Positions 27,242 to 38,739 of a stretch of DNA of 64,000 nt are shown here, piece after piece (position 1 is the first letter of the stretch; each line of letters opens with the position of its first letter). The stretch comes from Candidatus Saccharimonadales bacterium (GTDB lineage Bacteria; Patescibacteriota; Saccharimonadia; QS-5-54-17). The DNA lies in the NCBI GenBank assembly GCA_040876925.1, contig JBBDOS010000005.1, forward strand, positions 40,815 through 104,814, given 5' to 3'. The notes beneath the pieces are model-generated. The model was given only the letters and a program-made list of their open reading frames with translations, was not told where the DNA came from and did not search any database. A program made the position numbers and the translations under genes.

Positions 27242-29218
27242 CTATTGCTTATCTTCGTTTTTATCTTTGCCCTCACCCTCATCATCAACTACTTCACCTT
27301 CAACAGGCCCATCGCTACCACTCTCTCCGGGTTCAACTTCACTCTTGGTTTTATCAGCTTCTTCGGCCGCTTCTTTAGCGACATCTTCGTGTAGCTTAGT
27401 ACCGATTGGTTGAACTTTTTCCAACAATTCAGTAGCTGTTTTCTCTAATACTTCCTTATCATCGGACTCTACATTCTCTTGAGCTGACTTAATAGCCTCT
27501 TCAACAGTCTGCTTATCTTCATCACTGAGCTTATCTTCATTGTCTTTAACCATCTTTTCAGCTGTATAGATAGCAGTATCTAGCTGGTTCTTAGCTTCAG
27601 CACGTTCACGCTTCTTCTTATCCTCATCAGCATGAACTTCAGCATCTTTTTGCATCTGCTCAACATCTTTCTCATCCAAGTTACCGCTATTTTCAATAGT
27701 GATTGATTGCTCTTTACCGCTAGCTTTATCAACCGCCTTAACGCTCAAGATACCGTTAGCATCAATATTGAAAGTTACCTCTACCTGAGGTACTCCGCGA
27801 GGTGCCGGTGGTATGCCATCTAGTATGAATCTACCTAGAGACTTATTATCAGCTGCCATCTCACGCTCACCTTGCAAGACATTGATCTCTACTGATGGTT
27901 GATTATCAGCCGCAGTCGAAAACACTTGAGTCTTACTAGTAGGTATAGTGGTGTTTCTCTCAATTAGTTTAGTTGATATACCACCCTCTGTTTCCAGTCC
28001 TAGGGACAAAGGAGTAACATCAAGCAATAAGACATCCTTAACATCTCCTGATAGTACTCCGCCTTGAATAGCAGCACCAAGAGCAACTACCTCGTCTGGA
28101 TTAACTCCCTTAAGCGGATCTTTACCAAAGATTTCTTTAACCTTAGCCTGTACTGCTGGCATACGAGTCATACCACCAACCAAGACCACTTCATCTATAT
28201 CTGAAGCTGATAACCCAGCATCTTTAAGGGCTTTTTCGCAAGGACCCTTAGTCTTATCTATCAACTCTGAGGAAAGTTTATCTAACTCAGAACGAGTAAG
28301 CTTGTGTTCGAAGTGTTTAGGTCCATCACTATCTGCTGTAATGAATGGCAAACTAATATCGGTTTCATTGGTAGTAGATAGCTCTATCTTAGCTTTCTCA
28401 GCTGCTTCTTTTAGTCGCTGCAAGGCAGCTTTATCTTTGCTCAAGTCTACGCCCTCTTGTTTCTTGAACTCATCAACTAGGTGGTTCATTAACTTAAGAT
28501 CGAAATCTTCACCACCCAAGTGAGTATCACCGTTAGTAGATTTAACCTCAAAGACTCCATCACCTAACTCTAGTATAGAAACATCAAAAGTTCCTCCACC
28601 TAGGTCGTAAACAGCAATTTTCTCTTCCTTTTTCTCGTCTAGACCATAAGCAAGAGCAGCTGCAGTTGGTTCGTTAATAATTCGCTTAACCTCAAGACCA
28701 GCAATCTTACCGGCATCTTTAGTTGCCTGGCGCTGCGAGTCATCAAAGTAGGCTGGTACAGTAATAACTACTTCAGTTATCTTCTCGCCTGCATACTCTT
28801 CAGCATCAGCCTTTAGCTTTGCTAGGATCATAGCCGATATCTCTTCCGGAGAGTGATCTTTATCGCCCATTTTAACCTTGACACCACCATTGGCCTTCTT
28901 TATCTCATATGGCATTAGGTTAAGATCCTTTTGCACTTCCTTATCTTCGAATTTACGGCCGATTAGACGCTTAACTCCATAGATTGTGTTTTCTGAATTA
29001 ACAACCGCTTGACGTTTGGCTACCTGGCCAGCTAGTCTTTCTTTGTTCTTATTAACAGCTACTACACTAGGTGTAGTTCTATTACCCTCAGAGTTAGCGA
29101 TGATAGCGGCACTGCCGCCCTCCATAATTGCCATGGCTGAGTTAGTTGTTCCTAGATCGATTCCTAAAATTTTACTCATATTATTTACTCCTTTCGTTAT
29201 TATTATGATTTTCTTCAA
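27242..29218 (-). CDS. dnaK: Chaperone DnaK (Hsp70). The true start is probably at [14 protein letters not shown] (about 29179).
   Basis: [26 protein letters not shown] signatures. Confidence 0.93.
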   Translation of the reverse strand: MKKIIIITKGVNNMSKILGIDLGTTNSAMAIMEGGSAAIIANSEGNRTTPSVVAVNKNKERLAGQVAKRQAVVNSENTIYGVKRLIGRKFEDKEVQKDLNLMPYEIKKANGGVKVKMGDKDHSPEEISAMILAKLKADAEEYAGEKITEVVITVPAYFDDSQRQATKDAGKIAGLEVKRIINEPTAAALAYGLDEKKEEKIAVYDLGGGTFDVSILELGDGVFEVKSTNGDTHLGGEDFDLKLMNHLVDEFKKQEGVDLSKDKAALQRLKEAAEKAKIELSTTNETDISLPFITADSDGPKHFEHKLTRSELDKLSSELIDKTKGPCEKALKDAGLSASDIDEVVLVGGMTRMPAVQAKVKEIFGKDPLKGVNPDEVVALGAAIQGGVLSGDVKDVLLLDVTPLSLGLETEGGISTKLIERNTTIPTSKTQVFSTAADNQPSVEINVLQGEREMAADNKSLGRFILDGIPPAPRGVPQVEVTFNIDANGILSVKAVDKASGKEQSITIENSGNLDEKDVEQMQKDAEVHADEDKKKRERAEAKNQLDTAIYTAEKMVKDNEDKLSDEDKQTVEEAIKSAQENVESDDKEVLEKTATELLEKVQPIGTKLHEDVAKEAAEEADKTKSEVEPGESGSDGPVEGEVVDDEGEGKDKNEDKQ

Positions 29219-29750
29219 TATCTTTACTACCTTGGTTGCTGCTTTTTTCTACTTTACCCACTTTGACCATACTAGGACGCAAAACCTCATCATCTAGTTT
29301 GTATCCAGGTCTTAACTCCTCTATAACAACTTCATGACTGCCGCCACCATCTTCAAAGCCTATAGCTTCATGTAGGTTAGGATTGAATTCAGATCCTAGT
29401 GCTTCTATCCTCTTGATACCCATATCATCCATTTTGCCTTGTAGCTGTTTATATACCTGCACTAAACCTTTAGTCCAGGAGCTGCCTGCTATATCCTTAG
29501 GCATAGAACTAAAAGCTCTTTCTAGATCATCAAATACCGGTAATAGCTCCTGGATAACTTCTGATTTTGCAGCACTCATCAACATAGATCTATCAATTTC
29601 GACTCGACGCTTATAGTTCATAAAGTCAGCCCGCTCACGTCTAACATCTTCTCTCAATTCAGCTACTTGAGCCGTAAGATCAGACACCTTAGACTGCTTA
29701 CTCTTGCTAGTAGATCTTGAGTTGGTTGGCTTTTGTTTTTTATCTGGCAC
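29181..29750 (-). CDS. grpE: Nucleotide exchange factor GrpE
   Basis: 189 aa. Coiled-coil N-terminus and C-terminal beta domain. Position between hrcA and dnaK. Confidence 0.85.
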   Translation of the reverse strand: MPDKKQKPTNSRSTSKSKQSKVSDLTAQVAELREDVRRERADFMNYKRRVEIDRSMLMSAAKSEVIQELLPVFDDLERAFSSMPKDIAGSSWTKGLVQVYKQLQGKMDDMGIKRIEALGSEFNPNLHEAIGFEDGGGSHEVVIEELRPGYKLDDEVLRPSMVKVGKVEKSSNQGSKDIEENHNNNERSK

Positions 29751-29763
29751 TTACTATTACTCC

Positions 29764-30471
29764 TTATTCTACTTCTTTTAATAATTCTTCTAACGTATTG
29801 GCGGTATGTTCAACTATCCTCATCACCTGTCCATAACTTTGACGAGTTGGACCAATTACTCCTATATAGCTAGCTTTTGAGTAAGGCGAATCGTAACCAG
29901 TCACTATTACTGAACAGCCACTAGATTTACCCACTGTGTTTTCTTCACCTATATAGGTAGCTACGCTATCTTCTATATTGGTTTCACTCAACCACAACTC
30001 TAGGTTGTCTAATAAACCGGCTATTTCTACAGCATTCTCATCAAATTCTGGTTTGGTGAAAAGTTGAGAAAAGCCTTTGGTATATATAGCCTCACCCATA
30101 GTAGCAAAAGCTACGTTATTAGTAGTAGCTACTAATGAATCAGCGGCTATTTTAATAGCTGCCTGAGGCGATCCAGCACTTGATATCCGTTGAGTTATAG
30201 CTTTCCTAATACGGTTAGTGCTATCTAGCTTATGGCCAGGTACTACTTGTGCCTCTACATAATACCTATATCCAGCATCGGTAGGTATTCTACCAGCGCT
30301 AGTATGTGGATGGGTAATTAAACCTTCATCCTCTAATGTAACCATTTCAGCTCTGATAGTGGCTGAGGATACGCCAAATTGACGCGCCAAAGCTAAAGAT
30401 CCGACTGGATTAGCTGTTTGGACATAATATTCCACAATGGTTTTTAGTATCTCTGATTGTCTAGAGGTCAT
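29764..30471 (-). CDS. hrcA: Heat-inducible transcription repressor HrcA (short form)
   Basis: N-terminal winged helix RQSEILKTIVEYYVQTANPVGS. Sits downstream of the CIRCE operators. Heads the grpE-dnaK-dnaJ operon. Confidence 0.8.
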   Translation of the reverse strand: MTSRQSEILKTIVEYYVQTANPVGSLALARQFGVSSATIRAEMVTLEDEGLITHPHTSAGRIPTDAGYRYYVEAQVVPGHKLDSTNRIRKAITQRISSAGSPQAAIKIAADSLVATTNNVAFATMGEAIYTKGFSQLFTKPEFDENAVEIAGLLDNLELWLSETNIEDSVATYIGEENTVGKSSGCSVIVTGYDSPYSKASYIGVIGPTRQSYGQVMRIVEHTANTLEELLKEVE

Positions 30472-30490
30472 AGCTATTACCCTTAAAATA

Positions 30491-30517
30491 TTGGCACTAA
30501 ATATTAAAGAGTGCCAA
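30491..30517. promoter_or_regulatory. CIRCE-like operator variant (TTGGCACTA-N9-GAGTGCCAA)
   Basis: Inverted repeat with 9-bp spacer. 8/9 arm match to its own reverse complement. One substitution versus CIRCE consensus TTAGCACTC-N9-GAGTGCTAA. Confidence 0.6.
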
Positions 30518-30536
30518 CTCTATTTATAATATGGTT

Positions 30537-30563
30537 TTAGCACTCAACAGTCAAGAGTGCTAA
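30537..30563. promoter_or_regulatory. CIRCE operator, perfect consensus TTAGCACTC-N9-GAGTGCTAA (HrcA binding site). The minus-strand promoter likely lies between the two CIRCE copies.
   Basis: ttagcactcaacagtcaagagtgctaa. About 70 bp upstream of the hrcA start on the coding strand. Confidence 0.85.
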
Positions 30564-30570
30564 TTGGTTT

Positions 30571-31149
30571 TTATTGATTAATTGTTTTAGCTATTATCGC
30601 CTCTATGTCGCTAACGGCCTTTTCCGGATGATTATCAGGGTTAATAACCTGATAATCAAACTGATTTTTACCGATATCAACCTCATAATCGACTCTACCT
30701 AACCGCTTAGCTATCTGCTGCTTAGTTTCACTGTGTCTTGAGTTTAGACGACTCTTTAGCGCCTCAACATTTGGTGGCATGATAAATATCAAGACTACTC
30801 TTTCAGAAAAAGCTTGCTTAACCTGCAGCGCACCATCTACTTCCATAACTGTGCAGATACTCTTGTCGCTGCTAATAGCTTCTTCCAGCTGCTTCTTAGA
30901 AGTGCCATAAAACTCACCAGCAAACTCTACATATTCTATCAACTCACCTTCCTCTAGCAGCTTCGGGAAATCATCTTTTGGCGTATTGAAAAAGTAATCT
31001 ACTCCATCAATCTCTCCATCTCTAGGACTACGGGTAGTATAGTTAATCGGCCTTTGAAAATCAGGGTGGTTTTTAAGAATAGTTTTTAAAATAGTATTTT
31101 TACCTACACCACTAGGACCAGCTAAGATGAAAATATTGGGTTTATCCAT
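30571..31149 (-). CDS. gmk: Guanylate kinase
   Basis: P-loop GPSGVGKNT; NYTTRSPRDGEIDGVDYFF. Confidence 0.88.
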   Translation of the reverse strand: MDKPNIFILAGPSGVGKNTILKTILKNHPDFQRPINYTTRSPRDGEIDGVDYFFNTPKDDFPKLLEEGELIEYVEFAGEFYGTSKKQLEEAISSDKSICTVMEVDGALQVKQAFSERVVLIFIMPPNVEALKSRLNSRHSETKQQIAKRLGRVDYEVDIGKNQFDYQVINPDNHPEKAVSDIEAIIAKTINQ

Positions 31150-31173
31150 AGTCTTAACTATAGCAAACTATTA

Positions 31174-32982
31174 TTACTCCCTCTTCAGCATCACCGTAAA
31201 GGCTTCGGCCGGTATCTCTACCTGACCCATCATCTTCATGCGCTTCTTACCTGCTTTTTGTTTCTCTAGAAGTTTACGCTTACGAGTAACATCACCTCCA
31301 TAGAGTTTGGCAGTCACATTTTTACCTAGTGCCTTGACGTCTTCACGAGCTATAATCTTACCGCCTATAGCTGCTTGCAAGCTAACTTCATATAGCTGAC
31401 GAGGTATAACTTCTTTAAGTCTATCAACTATATCTTTGCCGACTCTATGAGACTCACTGCGGTGAACTATTTGAGACAAGGAATCTACTACTTCACCGCC
31501 AACTAGAACGTCTAGACGAACTAATTTCTCCTGTCTATAGCCGGCCGGCTCATAGCTGAATGACCCGTAGCCACTGGTAGTGCTTTTTAACCTATCATAA
31601 AAATCAGTTAGAATATTAGCTAAAGGTGCTTCAAAACGTATCAGGGCGGTATCTGGTTCTGGATAACTTAGGTTCTTCTGCTCACCACGGATATCGTTAA
31701 TAAGCCCGATGACATTACCTAAAAACTCTTTCTTCACCACTACTTCACCGCCTATCCAAGGTTCAGAGACTGATTCTACCTTGGCTGGATCTGGTAGTTG
31801 CGTAGCTGACTTGATATCTACTTCTTCGCCACTAGTAAGTCGGACTTTATAATCCGTAGAAGGATTAGTGATGATTAGATCTAAATCATATTCTCTCTCT
31901 AGTCGCTCTTTAATAATATCCATATGTAATAACCCTAAGAAACCGATACGAAATCCAAAACCTAGTACTTGAGAGTTCTCCGGCTCATAGGTCAAGGCTG
32001 CATCGTTAAGCAGTAGTCTCTCTAGAGCATCTTTAAGCTGTTCGTGTTGATCACCAGAACTAGGGAAAAACCCAGCAAAAACAAATGGCTTGATAGCCTT
32101 ATACCCAGGCAAGGCCTCAACATCGGTCGTTTCCTTAGTGGTCAACGTATCACCCACCCTAGCTTCACGCACCGACTTATATCCTGTTACTACGTAACCA
32201 ATCTCGCCAGTTTCTAGTCTATCGGTAGCGATAGGCTTGGGATTAAATGAGCCTAACTCTATAGCCTCAGAAGCCTTATTGCTACCAAGTAATTTAATAT
32301 CAGCACCTGATTTAAGTTGGCCATCTACCATGCGAACATACAGTATGACGCCCCTATATTCATCATAGATAGAATCAAATATTAAAGCTCTAGTTGGCAT
32401 GTCTCCCTCTCCTTGAGGTGGCGGCACTACCTCTACTAACTTATCTAGAATCTTCTCTACTCCCTCACCAGTCTTAGCAGATACTTGCAAGACATCGCTC
32501 AAATCACAGCCTAGTAAGTTAGCTACTTCAGCAGCTACCTTGTCTGGACGAGCAGCCGGTAAATCAATCTTATTCAGTACCGGGATAATCTCAAGCCCTG
32601 CCTCAATCGCTAAATAGACATTAGCTAGCGTTTGCGCCTCTATGCCTTGAGAGGCATCTACTACCAATATAGCGCCCTCTACAGCAGCTAGACTTCTAGA
32701 TACCTCGTAGCTAAAATCCACATGACCTGGAGTATCTATGAGGTTGAGCTCATAGGATACATCATCCTTAGTATCAATTATCTGCCAGGCCATCTTCACT
32801 GGCTGGAGTTTAATAGTAATACCCTTTTCGCGTTCTAAATCCATTTGATCTAAAATCTGCTCTTTCATAACCCGCTTATCCACCGTACCCGTAATCTCCA
32901 GCATTCTATCAGCTAGAGTGGACTTACCATGATCAATATGGGCAATAATACAAAAATTGCGGATATTCTGCTGTATAGACAT
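31174..32982 (-). CDS. lepA: Elongation factor 4 (LepA)
   Basis: IRNFCIIAHIDHGKSTLADR; NLIDTPGHVDF; 602 aa. Confidence 0.92.
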   Translation of the reverse strand: MSIQQNIRNFCIIAHIDHGKSTLADRMLEITGTVDKRVMKEQILDQMDLEREKGITIKLQPVKMAWQIIDTKDDVSYELNLIDTPGHVDFSYEVSRSLAAVEGAILVVDASQGIEAQTLANVYLAIEAGLEIIPVLNKIDLPAARPDKVAAEVANLLGCDLSDVLQVSAKTGEGVEKILDKLVEVVPPPQGEGDMPTRALIFDSIYDEYRGVILYVRMVDGQLKSGADIKLLGSNKASEAIELGSFNPKPIATDRLETGEIGYVVTGYKSVREARVGDTLTTKETTDVEALPGYKAIKPFVFAGFFPSSGDQHEQLKDALERLLLNDAALTYEPENSQVLGFGFRIGFLGLLHMDIIKERLEREYDLDLIITNPSTDYKVRLTSGEEVDIKSATQLPDPAKVESVSEPWIGGEVVVKKEFLGNVIGLINDIRGEQKNLSYPEPDTALIRFEAPLANILTDFYDRLKSTTSGYGSFSYEPAGYRQEKLVRLDVLVGGEVVDSLSQIVHRSESHRVGKDIVDRLKEVIPRQLYEVSLQAAIGGKIIAREDVKALGKNVTAKLYGGDVTRKRKLLEKQKAGKKRMKMMGQVEIPAEAFTVMLKRE

Positions 32983-32988
32983 ATGTAC

Positions 32989-34572
32989 TTACCCTACCTG
33001 CACTCTCTTGAATATAAGGCCTTTAACCTTATTGGATACAGTTTGGGCTTCTGGTAGTTTAAGTTTAGTGCCTAGATATATGTAGACTGCAAAGCTTAGT
33101 AATATGATAGCTGTAAATTTAGGTATTATAGAGAAGAAACCAGTCTCTCCAGCTAATAGTGGGAATACGTACCTGACAAGCATATAGGTAATTGAGCCCA
33201 TGACTACCGAGGCTAAGCTAGTGCCGGCTACATATTTAACAAATTGCTTAGTGATTAATGATCCAAATCGCTTAGATAAAATGACAGATAACACCACTAC
33301 CTCTACTCCGGCTACGATTGACTGGGCCATGGCTAATCCAACTACGCCAAAAGCTCTAGCTAGGATGATGGCTAGAGTAATATTTAGGACAATAGAAACT
33401 ATAGAGGCATAGAGCGGGGTCTTGGTATCTTGCTGGGCATAGAAAACTCTAGTAATAAGTCTCAAAATAGATTGGAATACTATAGCTAGAGCGAAGAATC
33501 CTAAGATATTAGCAATAGTCGCGTCACCAAAGCCAATTAGTATACGAACTATATAGCCTCTTAATATCATTACTGCTATAGCTGTGGGGATAGCAAACCA
33601 GAGTATAGCTCGCATAACTTCTAGTACTTCTTTTTTAAGTAGATCGGTACGATTACTTAGGGCTCGCTCTGATATCTTAGGGAAAGCTGCCGTCGCTATA
33701 GCAGTACCTATTAAAGTAATCGGATAATTCTTTAAGTTGAAGGCAAATTGATAAGCAGCAATCGATCCGGTAGCTAGGCCTGATGCAATAGCTCGCTCGA
33801 TAACAGCCATTAGATGCTCTAGGCCCTCATCGACTGAGCGAGGTATGATTAAGCGGATAACTTTTCTAAAGCCCTTGTTCTTCCAGAATATTCTTGGCTG
33901 GTAGGTAAAGCCTAGACCAGCTACACCTAACATCTGAATACCTACCTGAGCTAAAGCTCCGATAACTGCACCAGTAGCTACACCGTAGATACCGAAAGAC
34001 CCGGTTAGATACAAAATTCCCGATATGATCCCCAGGTTATACACCACTGGAGCTAGTGCAAAGAAGAAGAACCTGCCATAAGCTTGCTGGATAGTACCAA
34101 AGACCGAAGAAAGTGAGAATAAGAAAGGGTTTAGCGCTAATATACGCATAACATTAACTGATGTTTCATGCCTAATTGGATCAAAGCTAGGAGCTACAAT
34201 GCTCATAAGTTGTGGCGCAAAAATAAATATTAATACGCTAGCAAATAGGGTTAGAATAGCTAGTAGGTTAGTAATACTAGATGATATTTCCCAGGCTGAT
34301 TTTTTGTTGCCACTAGCAAAGCGTTCATTTAAAACAGGTAGTAAAGTAACTGTTAGTGCTCCTGATACTAAGATAAAGAACATTAAATCGGGTATAGCAA
34401 AAGCCGCAAAGTAGGCGTCTAACTCACCTGATACACCAAATTTAGCCGCCAGCAAACGATCTCTTAGTAGCCCGAATAAGCCACTGATAAGATAGCTTCC
34501 AGCTAGTACTGAAGCAGCTGCGCCAATTGTTAGAGATTTATTGGCGCGCGATATAACACTGTTTGTTTTCAT
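32989..34572 (-). CDS. murJ: Lipid II flippase MurJ (MviN)
   Basis: 527 aa polytopic (about 14 TM). N-terminus LFGLLRDRLLAAKFG typical of MurJ. Confidence 0.8.
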   Translation of the reverse strand: MKTNSVISRANKSLTIGAAASVLAGSYLISGLFGLLRDRLLAAKFGVSGELDAYFAAFAIPDLMFFILVSGALTVTLLPVLNERFASGNKKSAWEISSSITNLLAILTLFASVLIFIFAPQLMSIVAPSFDPIRHETSVNVMRILALNPFLFSLSSVFGTIQQAYGRFFFFALAPVVYNLGIISGILYLTGSFGIYGVATGAVIGALAQVGIQMLGVAGLGFTYQPRIFWKNKGFRKVIRLIIPRSVDEGLEHLMAVIERAIASGLATGSIAAYQFAFNLKNYPITLIGTAIATAAFPKISERALSNRTDLLKKEVLEVMRAILWFAIPTAIAVMILRGYIVRILIGFGDATIANILGFFALAIVFQSILRLITRVFYAQQDTKTPLYASIVSIVLNITLAIILARAFGVVGLAMAQSIVAGVEVVVLSVILSKRFGSLITKQFVKYVAGTSLASVVMGSITYMLVRYVFPLLAGETGFFSIIPKFTAIILLSFAVYIYLGTKLKLPEAQTVSNKVKGLIFKRVQVG

Positions 34573-34626
34573 ATTTATAGACTATAACTTATCCCTTTAA
34601 TAGTCTAGGAACCCTAGTTAATTTTA

Positions 34627-36480
34627 TTAACTTGAGTAGGGGTTAGTAGTATTTTTGAGTATCTCTTTCACCTCTTCTTCATCAAGAGTTTCTTTATCTA
34701 GCAATTCCTCAGCTAACTTATCTAGCGCTTTACGGTTCTTCTCTATAACTTCTCTAGCTCTGGTGACTGCATCATTGAGTAAGTCGGCTATCTCACTATC
34801 AATCATTTCGGCGGTAGCATCAGAGTATTCCTTAGTATTAGAAAACTCTCTATCTAGTAATATTGAGCCGCTACTTGATTCGAAATATTGATTAGCTAGT
34901 TTTGAACCCATGCCGTATTTAACGATCATATCTCTAGCAATTGAGGCAGCGTTTTGCAAATCACTACCTGCTCCGGTAGTAATCTTCTCACTGCCAAAAA
35001 TGACATCTTCAGCCACTCTACCAGCCATAGCCATAGCCATGGAATCTTTGAACTCAGCTATAGTCTTATAGTTTCTATCCTCTGTCGGTAAGCTCCAAGT
35101 CACACCGCCAGCAACACCACGTGAGACTATAGTAACTTTATGGATAGGGTCGGCATTTTCTAATATATGACCAACTAAAGCATGGCCACCTTCATGATAG
35201 GCTGTTAGCTTCTTTTCCTCATCATTCATAACCTTACTCTTGCGCTCTGGGCCAATGGCTACCTTTTCAAAAGCGTTATCTAAATCGGCATTACTTATTT
35301 TCTTGCGATTATCTCTAGCTGCCATAATAGCGGCTTCATTAATCACATTGGCCAGATCGGCACCGCTCATGCCGGCTGTTTTACCGGCTAATGATTCTAA
35401 ATCTAGACCAGTTTCGCTTGGTTTATCCTTAATATGGACTTCTAAAATCGCTTTTCTGTCTTTACGATCTGGTAAGTCTAATTTAACTTGTCTATCAAAA
35501 CGGCCTGGGCGAAGCAAAGCTGGGTCTAATACGTCGGGACGGTTAGTAGCTGCTATGACAATAACGTTTGTACCCTGCTCAAAACCGTCCATTTCTACTA
35601 GTATTTGGTTCAAGGTCTGCTCCCTTTCATCATGTCCGCCGCCTAGACCTGAACCACGCCTACGTCCAACTGCATCTATCTCATCAACAAAGATAATACA
35701 CGGTGCGTTCTTCTTAGCTTTCATGAATAAGTCACGAACTCTACTAGCGCCAACTCCGACAAACATCTCTACGAATTCACTTCCGGAAATAGAAAAGAAC
35801 GGCACTCCTGCTTCTCCAGCTACGGCTCTAGCTATCATGGTCTTACCAGTACCAGGTGCGCCAATCATCAATACACCCTTAGGAATTCTGGCACCAACAT
35901 CAGCAAACTTCTTGGGAGTTTTCAAGAACTCTACTACTTCTTGGAGCTCTTCTTTAGATTCTTCTGCTCCAGCAATATCATTAAAGGTTACTTTCTCCTT
36001 CTCATTACCGTAAATACGGGCTTTGCTTTTACCAAATCCCATAGCTTGGTTATTCTGACCTTGAGCTTGCCTCATCATGAAGTAGAAGAAACCAACCAGT
36101 ATCATAATCGGCAAGAAAGAGATTAAGAATATATCAAAGAACCTGTTATCACTAGCAGCTGGATCCTTAACGGTCACTTCTATCTCGGAGGGGTCTATGC
36201 CATACTCGGTAATACTTAAGCTAGGGTCTTCTCTATAGGTCACTAGGTGCATAGCTTCATCATCAGTAGGAACAGCTGTAACCTTAGCTCCTTCTACGAT
36301 AATTTCCTCTATTTGACCGGCTTCTATCTGCCTAGTTACCTCTGAAAAGGACACCTCTTCAGCATTTTCGCCGCTATTGGTTAGGGCGATAACCAGCATG
36401 ACAAATACGGCTATTACCGCTATAAAGCCTAGATTGCGACCTTGGTTTTTGGGACTATTTTTGGATGAACGTGGATTCAT
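34627..36480 (-). CDS. ftsH: ATP-dependent zinc metalloprotease FtsH
   Basis: Walker A GAPGTGKT; SRF; HEGGHA zinc motif; N-terminal TM pair. Confidence 0.93.
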   Translation of the reverse strand: MNPRSSKNSPKNQGRNLGFIAVIAVFVMLVIALTNSGENAEEVSFSEVTRQIEAGQIEEIIVEGAKVTAVPTDDEAMHLVTYREDPSLSITEYGIDPSEIEVTVKDPAASDNRFFDIFLISFLPIMILVGFFYFMMRQAQGQNNQAMGFGKSKARIYGNEKEKVTFNDIAGAEESKEELQEVVEFLKTPKKFADVGARIPKGVLMIGAPGTGKTMIARAVAGEAGVPFFSISGSEFVEMFVGVGASRVRDLFMKAKKNAPCIIFVDEIDAVGRRRGSGLGGGHDEREQTLNQILVEMDGFEQGTNVIVIAATNRPDVLDPALLRPGRFDRQVKLDLPDRKDRKAILEVHIKDKPSETGLDLESLAGKTAGMSGADLANVINEAAIMAARDNRKKISNADLDNAFEKVAIGPERKSKVMNDEEKKLTAYHEGGHALVGHILENADPIHKVTIVSRGVAGGVTWSLPTEDRNYKTIAEFKDSMAMAMAGRVAEDVIFGSEKITTGAGSDLQNAASIARDMIVKYGMGSKLANQYFESSSGSILLDREFSNTKEYSDATAEMIDSEIADLLNDAVTRAREVIEKNRKALDKLAEELLDKETLDEEEVKEILKNTTNPYSS

Positions 36481-36604
36481 GACTCTCCTTACAATGATTT
36501 ACAAATGATACAAATTCAATTGGTATTTGGTATAAATTTCTATCTTAACTTATCTTTACTAGTATACATAATATATACCCACATTTACGAGAGTTTAAAA
36601 TATA

Positions 36605-37513
36605 TTAGCCTAAATTGATAACTGCACCCTTAGCTTGAGATTTAGCTGATATATCCTTACTCAACGGTTTTTGCTTACCGACTTTAGAGGTTTTAATAAA
36701 ATGCTCCAAACTGACTACTAAATCTCTGTTGATATCTAAGTTATTGATATTTTGTAGTAGGTAGAATAGTGCATCTCTAGCCGTCTCAACATCTAGGCTG
36801 ACGAATTTAGACCTATTGATAGTAATTTTATTTAAATCTATACCAACTACATTATCAATAATACTCTTAAGCTCTAGTTCTTTTTGATCACGGATATGAT
36901 CGTTGTTAATCAGCTCCTGATGAAGTCTTTCTTTCAGCTGGAGGTCTTTGGCTAGCTTGTCTCTGATATGGTTCCTGGGCGTATCAAGAGTCTTGTTAGT
37001 ACTATCCTCTCGCCAGTTTAAGTTGTTGTCCTTAGCGTATTTAACTAATTCCCTCTTAAATATATCAAGTAGTGGGCGTTTAATCTCATCGGTTGCTCTT
37101 AAAGGCGCTAGTCCATGCCAGCCGCTACCTCTTTGCCTATTAAGCTCCATAGTCTCTATGCGATCATCTAGATGATGGGCCGTTAAGATAGCTAAAGCGC
37201 CATATTCTGATTTAATATCCCGCAAGAAACGATAGCGGTACTCACGAGCTAAGGCCTCACTGGCGTCTTTGCCTAGATTAGCTGATTCGGCTACAAACCC
37301 TAACCCATATTTACCGGCTAGGTTATGTACCAACTCCATATCAAGATCTGAGTCTGGTCTAATACCATGGTTAAAATGGGCTATGATCAGTTCATAATCA
37401 TCGTGATTACTTAATATATCTAGCAAGCTAGTAGAGTCTACACCGCCAGATACCGCCACGATATATTTACCTGGCTTAGGGAATATTACTTTTTTTATCA
37501 ACTCTTCACGCAT
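36605..37513 (-). CDS. tilS: tRNA(Ile)-lysidine synthetase
   Basis: PP-loop SGGVDS. Position upstream of ftsH as in the common tilS-(hpt)-ftsH arrangement. Confidence 0.8.
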   Translation of the reverse strand: MREELIKKVIFPKPGKYIVAVSGGVDSTSLLDILSNHDDYELIIAHFNHGIRPDSDLDMELVHNLAGKYGLGFVAESANLGKDASEALAREYRYRFLRDIKSEYGALAILTAHHLDDRIETMELNRQRGSGWHGLAPLRATDEIKRPLLDIFKRELVKYAKDNNLNWREDSTNKTLDTPRNHIRDKLAKDLQLKERLHQELINNDHIRDQKELELKSIIDNVVGIDLNKITINRSKFVSLDVETARDALFYLLQNINNLDINRDLVVSLEHFIKTSKVGKQKPLSKDISAKSQAKGAVINLG

Positions 37514-38127
37514 TGCTATATAATTGTACCAACATGGAGCAAGAACCTGATATCAAACCAATTTTAGACCTACAAAGATTCTTGATAGATTTTCGTAATA
37601 TCAAGCGGATGGTCTATTTCCCAGAGAGTGATGAGAGAGAAAATGACGTTGAACACAGCTTCTTCCTAGCTGTAATTGCCTGGCAGCTAGCCGAGAAGGT
37701 TGACCCGTCTTTAGATATGGGTAGAATCATGCAATATGCTCTAGTGCATGATTTGGTAGAAGTTCATGCTGGCGATACTTTTGCTTTTGGAGAAGGTGCT
37801 GATACTAAACACGCTAGAGAACTAGAGTCTTTGGGTAAGATCAAAGATCAATTCAGCCAAGACTTCCCTTCGCTGACAGAAACTATTGAAGTTTATGAAC
37901 AAAGAGACGATAGAGAAAGTAGATTTGTCTATGCAGTTGATAAGATGTTACCGGCAATCATGGAATCGTTTAGTGGCGGTAGGACTTGGCTAGAAGAGGG
38001 CGTAACCTACGCCCAAGTATATGAATATGACAGTAAAAAAACCGCTGAATCAACAGATGTCCAAGGATATTTTAACGCTCTACATGATTATCTGAGTCAG
38101 CATCCAGAATTTTTTGCTAAAGAATAA
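37513..38127 (+). CDS. HD-domain phosphohydrolase (YfbR-like 5'-deoxynucleotidase family)
   Basis: HSFFLAVIAW ... LVHDLVEVHAGD (H..HD...D motif). Confidence 0.65.
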   Translation: MLYNCTNMEQEPDIKPILDLQRFLIDFRNIKRMVYFPESDERENDVEHSFFLAVIAWQLAEKVDPSLDMGRIMQYALVHDLVEVHAGDTFAFGEGADTKHARELESLGKIKDQFSQDFPSLTETIEVYEQRDDRESRFVYAVDKMLPAIMESFSGGRTWLEEGVTYAQVYEYDSKKTAESTDVQGYFNALHDYLSQHPEFFAKE

Positions 38128-38185
38128 TTACTTTAAAAAATATATGATCATTTATGAGTTGTTAAGTAGTTAGTACTTAATAAAG

Positions 38186-38262
38186 TGGTACCAGGGGTGG
38201 GATTTGAACCCACGACCTCAGGCTTATGAGTCCTGTGCTCTAACCAACTGAGCTACCCTGGC
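38186..38262 (-). tRNA. tRNA with CAU anticodon, most likely elongator tRNA-Met
   Basis: Reverse complement GCCAGGGTAGCTCAGTTGGTTAGAGCACAGGACTCATAAGCCTGAGGTCGTGGGTTCAAATCCCACCCCTGGTACCA. Resembles metT-type more than ileX-type. Confidence 0.7.
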
Positions 38263-38311
38263 TTAAAAACCTCAAAAGTAATTATACGAACTAGACAGGC
38301 TTAAACCAAGT

Positions 38312-38638
38312 CTACTCTTCTTTGTTGCTAGTTTCATCCGTTTGATTATTGGATAGATTATATGCTTTAGCATCACGCCAACCATCATAAGCAAAGGCTG
38401 CAGCTACTAATAGAGCAGCAACTAGCATCGATATGAAAGCTGGATCTTGAAGCATGGCCTCTAAAGTAGTTTCAGCGCTCTCAGCTGCCTCTTCATTAGC
38501 TGGTGCAAATAGCACTATTAAAGATGCTGCCACTAGCAATACACCAAAGCGCAAACGATTGCCTACATAGATGTAGCCAGCTCCTGGAATAACCAAGTTT
38601 AGTATAGCTGCTATCCAAGGTGTCTTATATCTACCCAT
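38312..38638 (-). CDS. Small hypothetical membrane protein (108 aa, 2-3 TM)
   Basis: ORF track. Confidence 0.4.
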   Translation of the reverse strand: MGRYKTPWIAAILNLVIPGAGYIYVGNRLRFGVLLVAASLIVLFAPANEEAAESAETTLEAMLQDPAFISMLVAALLVAAAFAYDGWRDAKAYNLSNNQTDETSNKEE

Positions 38639-38739
38639 AGTAGCTATTGTAACAGATATACCTATCTTGACTTATAGCCTGTATGTGGTAGCTTAAGTAG
38701 TGCATCACTAACAAAAGTTGATGGCAGTCTTTAATTTAT

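Noticed and set aside
35240-36013. 257-aa plus-strand ORF antisense to ftsH (and 54803-55375 antisense to rny; 5010-5711 antisense to pgk; 6596-7111 antisense to pyk)
   Set aside because: They overlap highly conserved housekeeping genes on the other strand. Ser/Leu/Pro-rich low-complexity translations with no ribosome-binding site.
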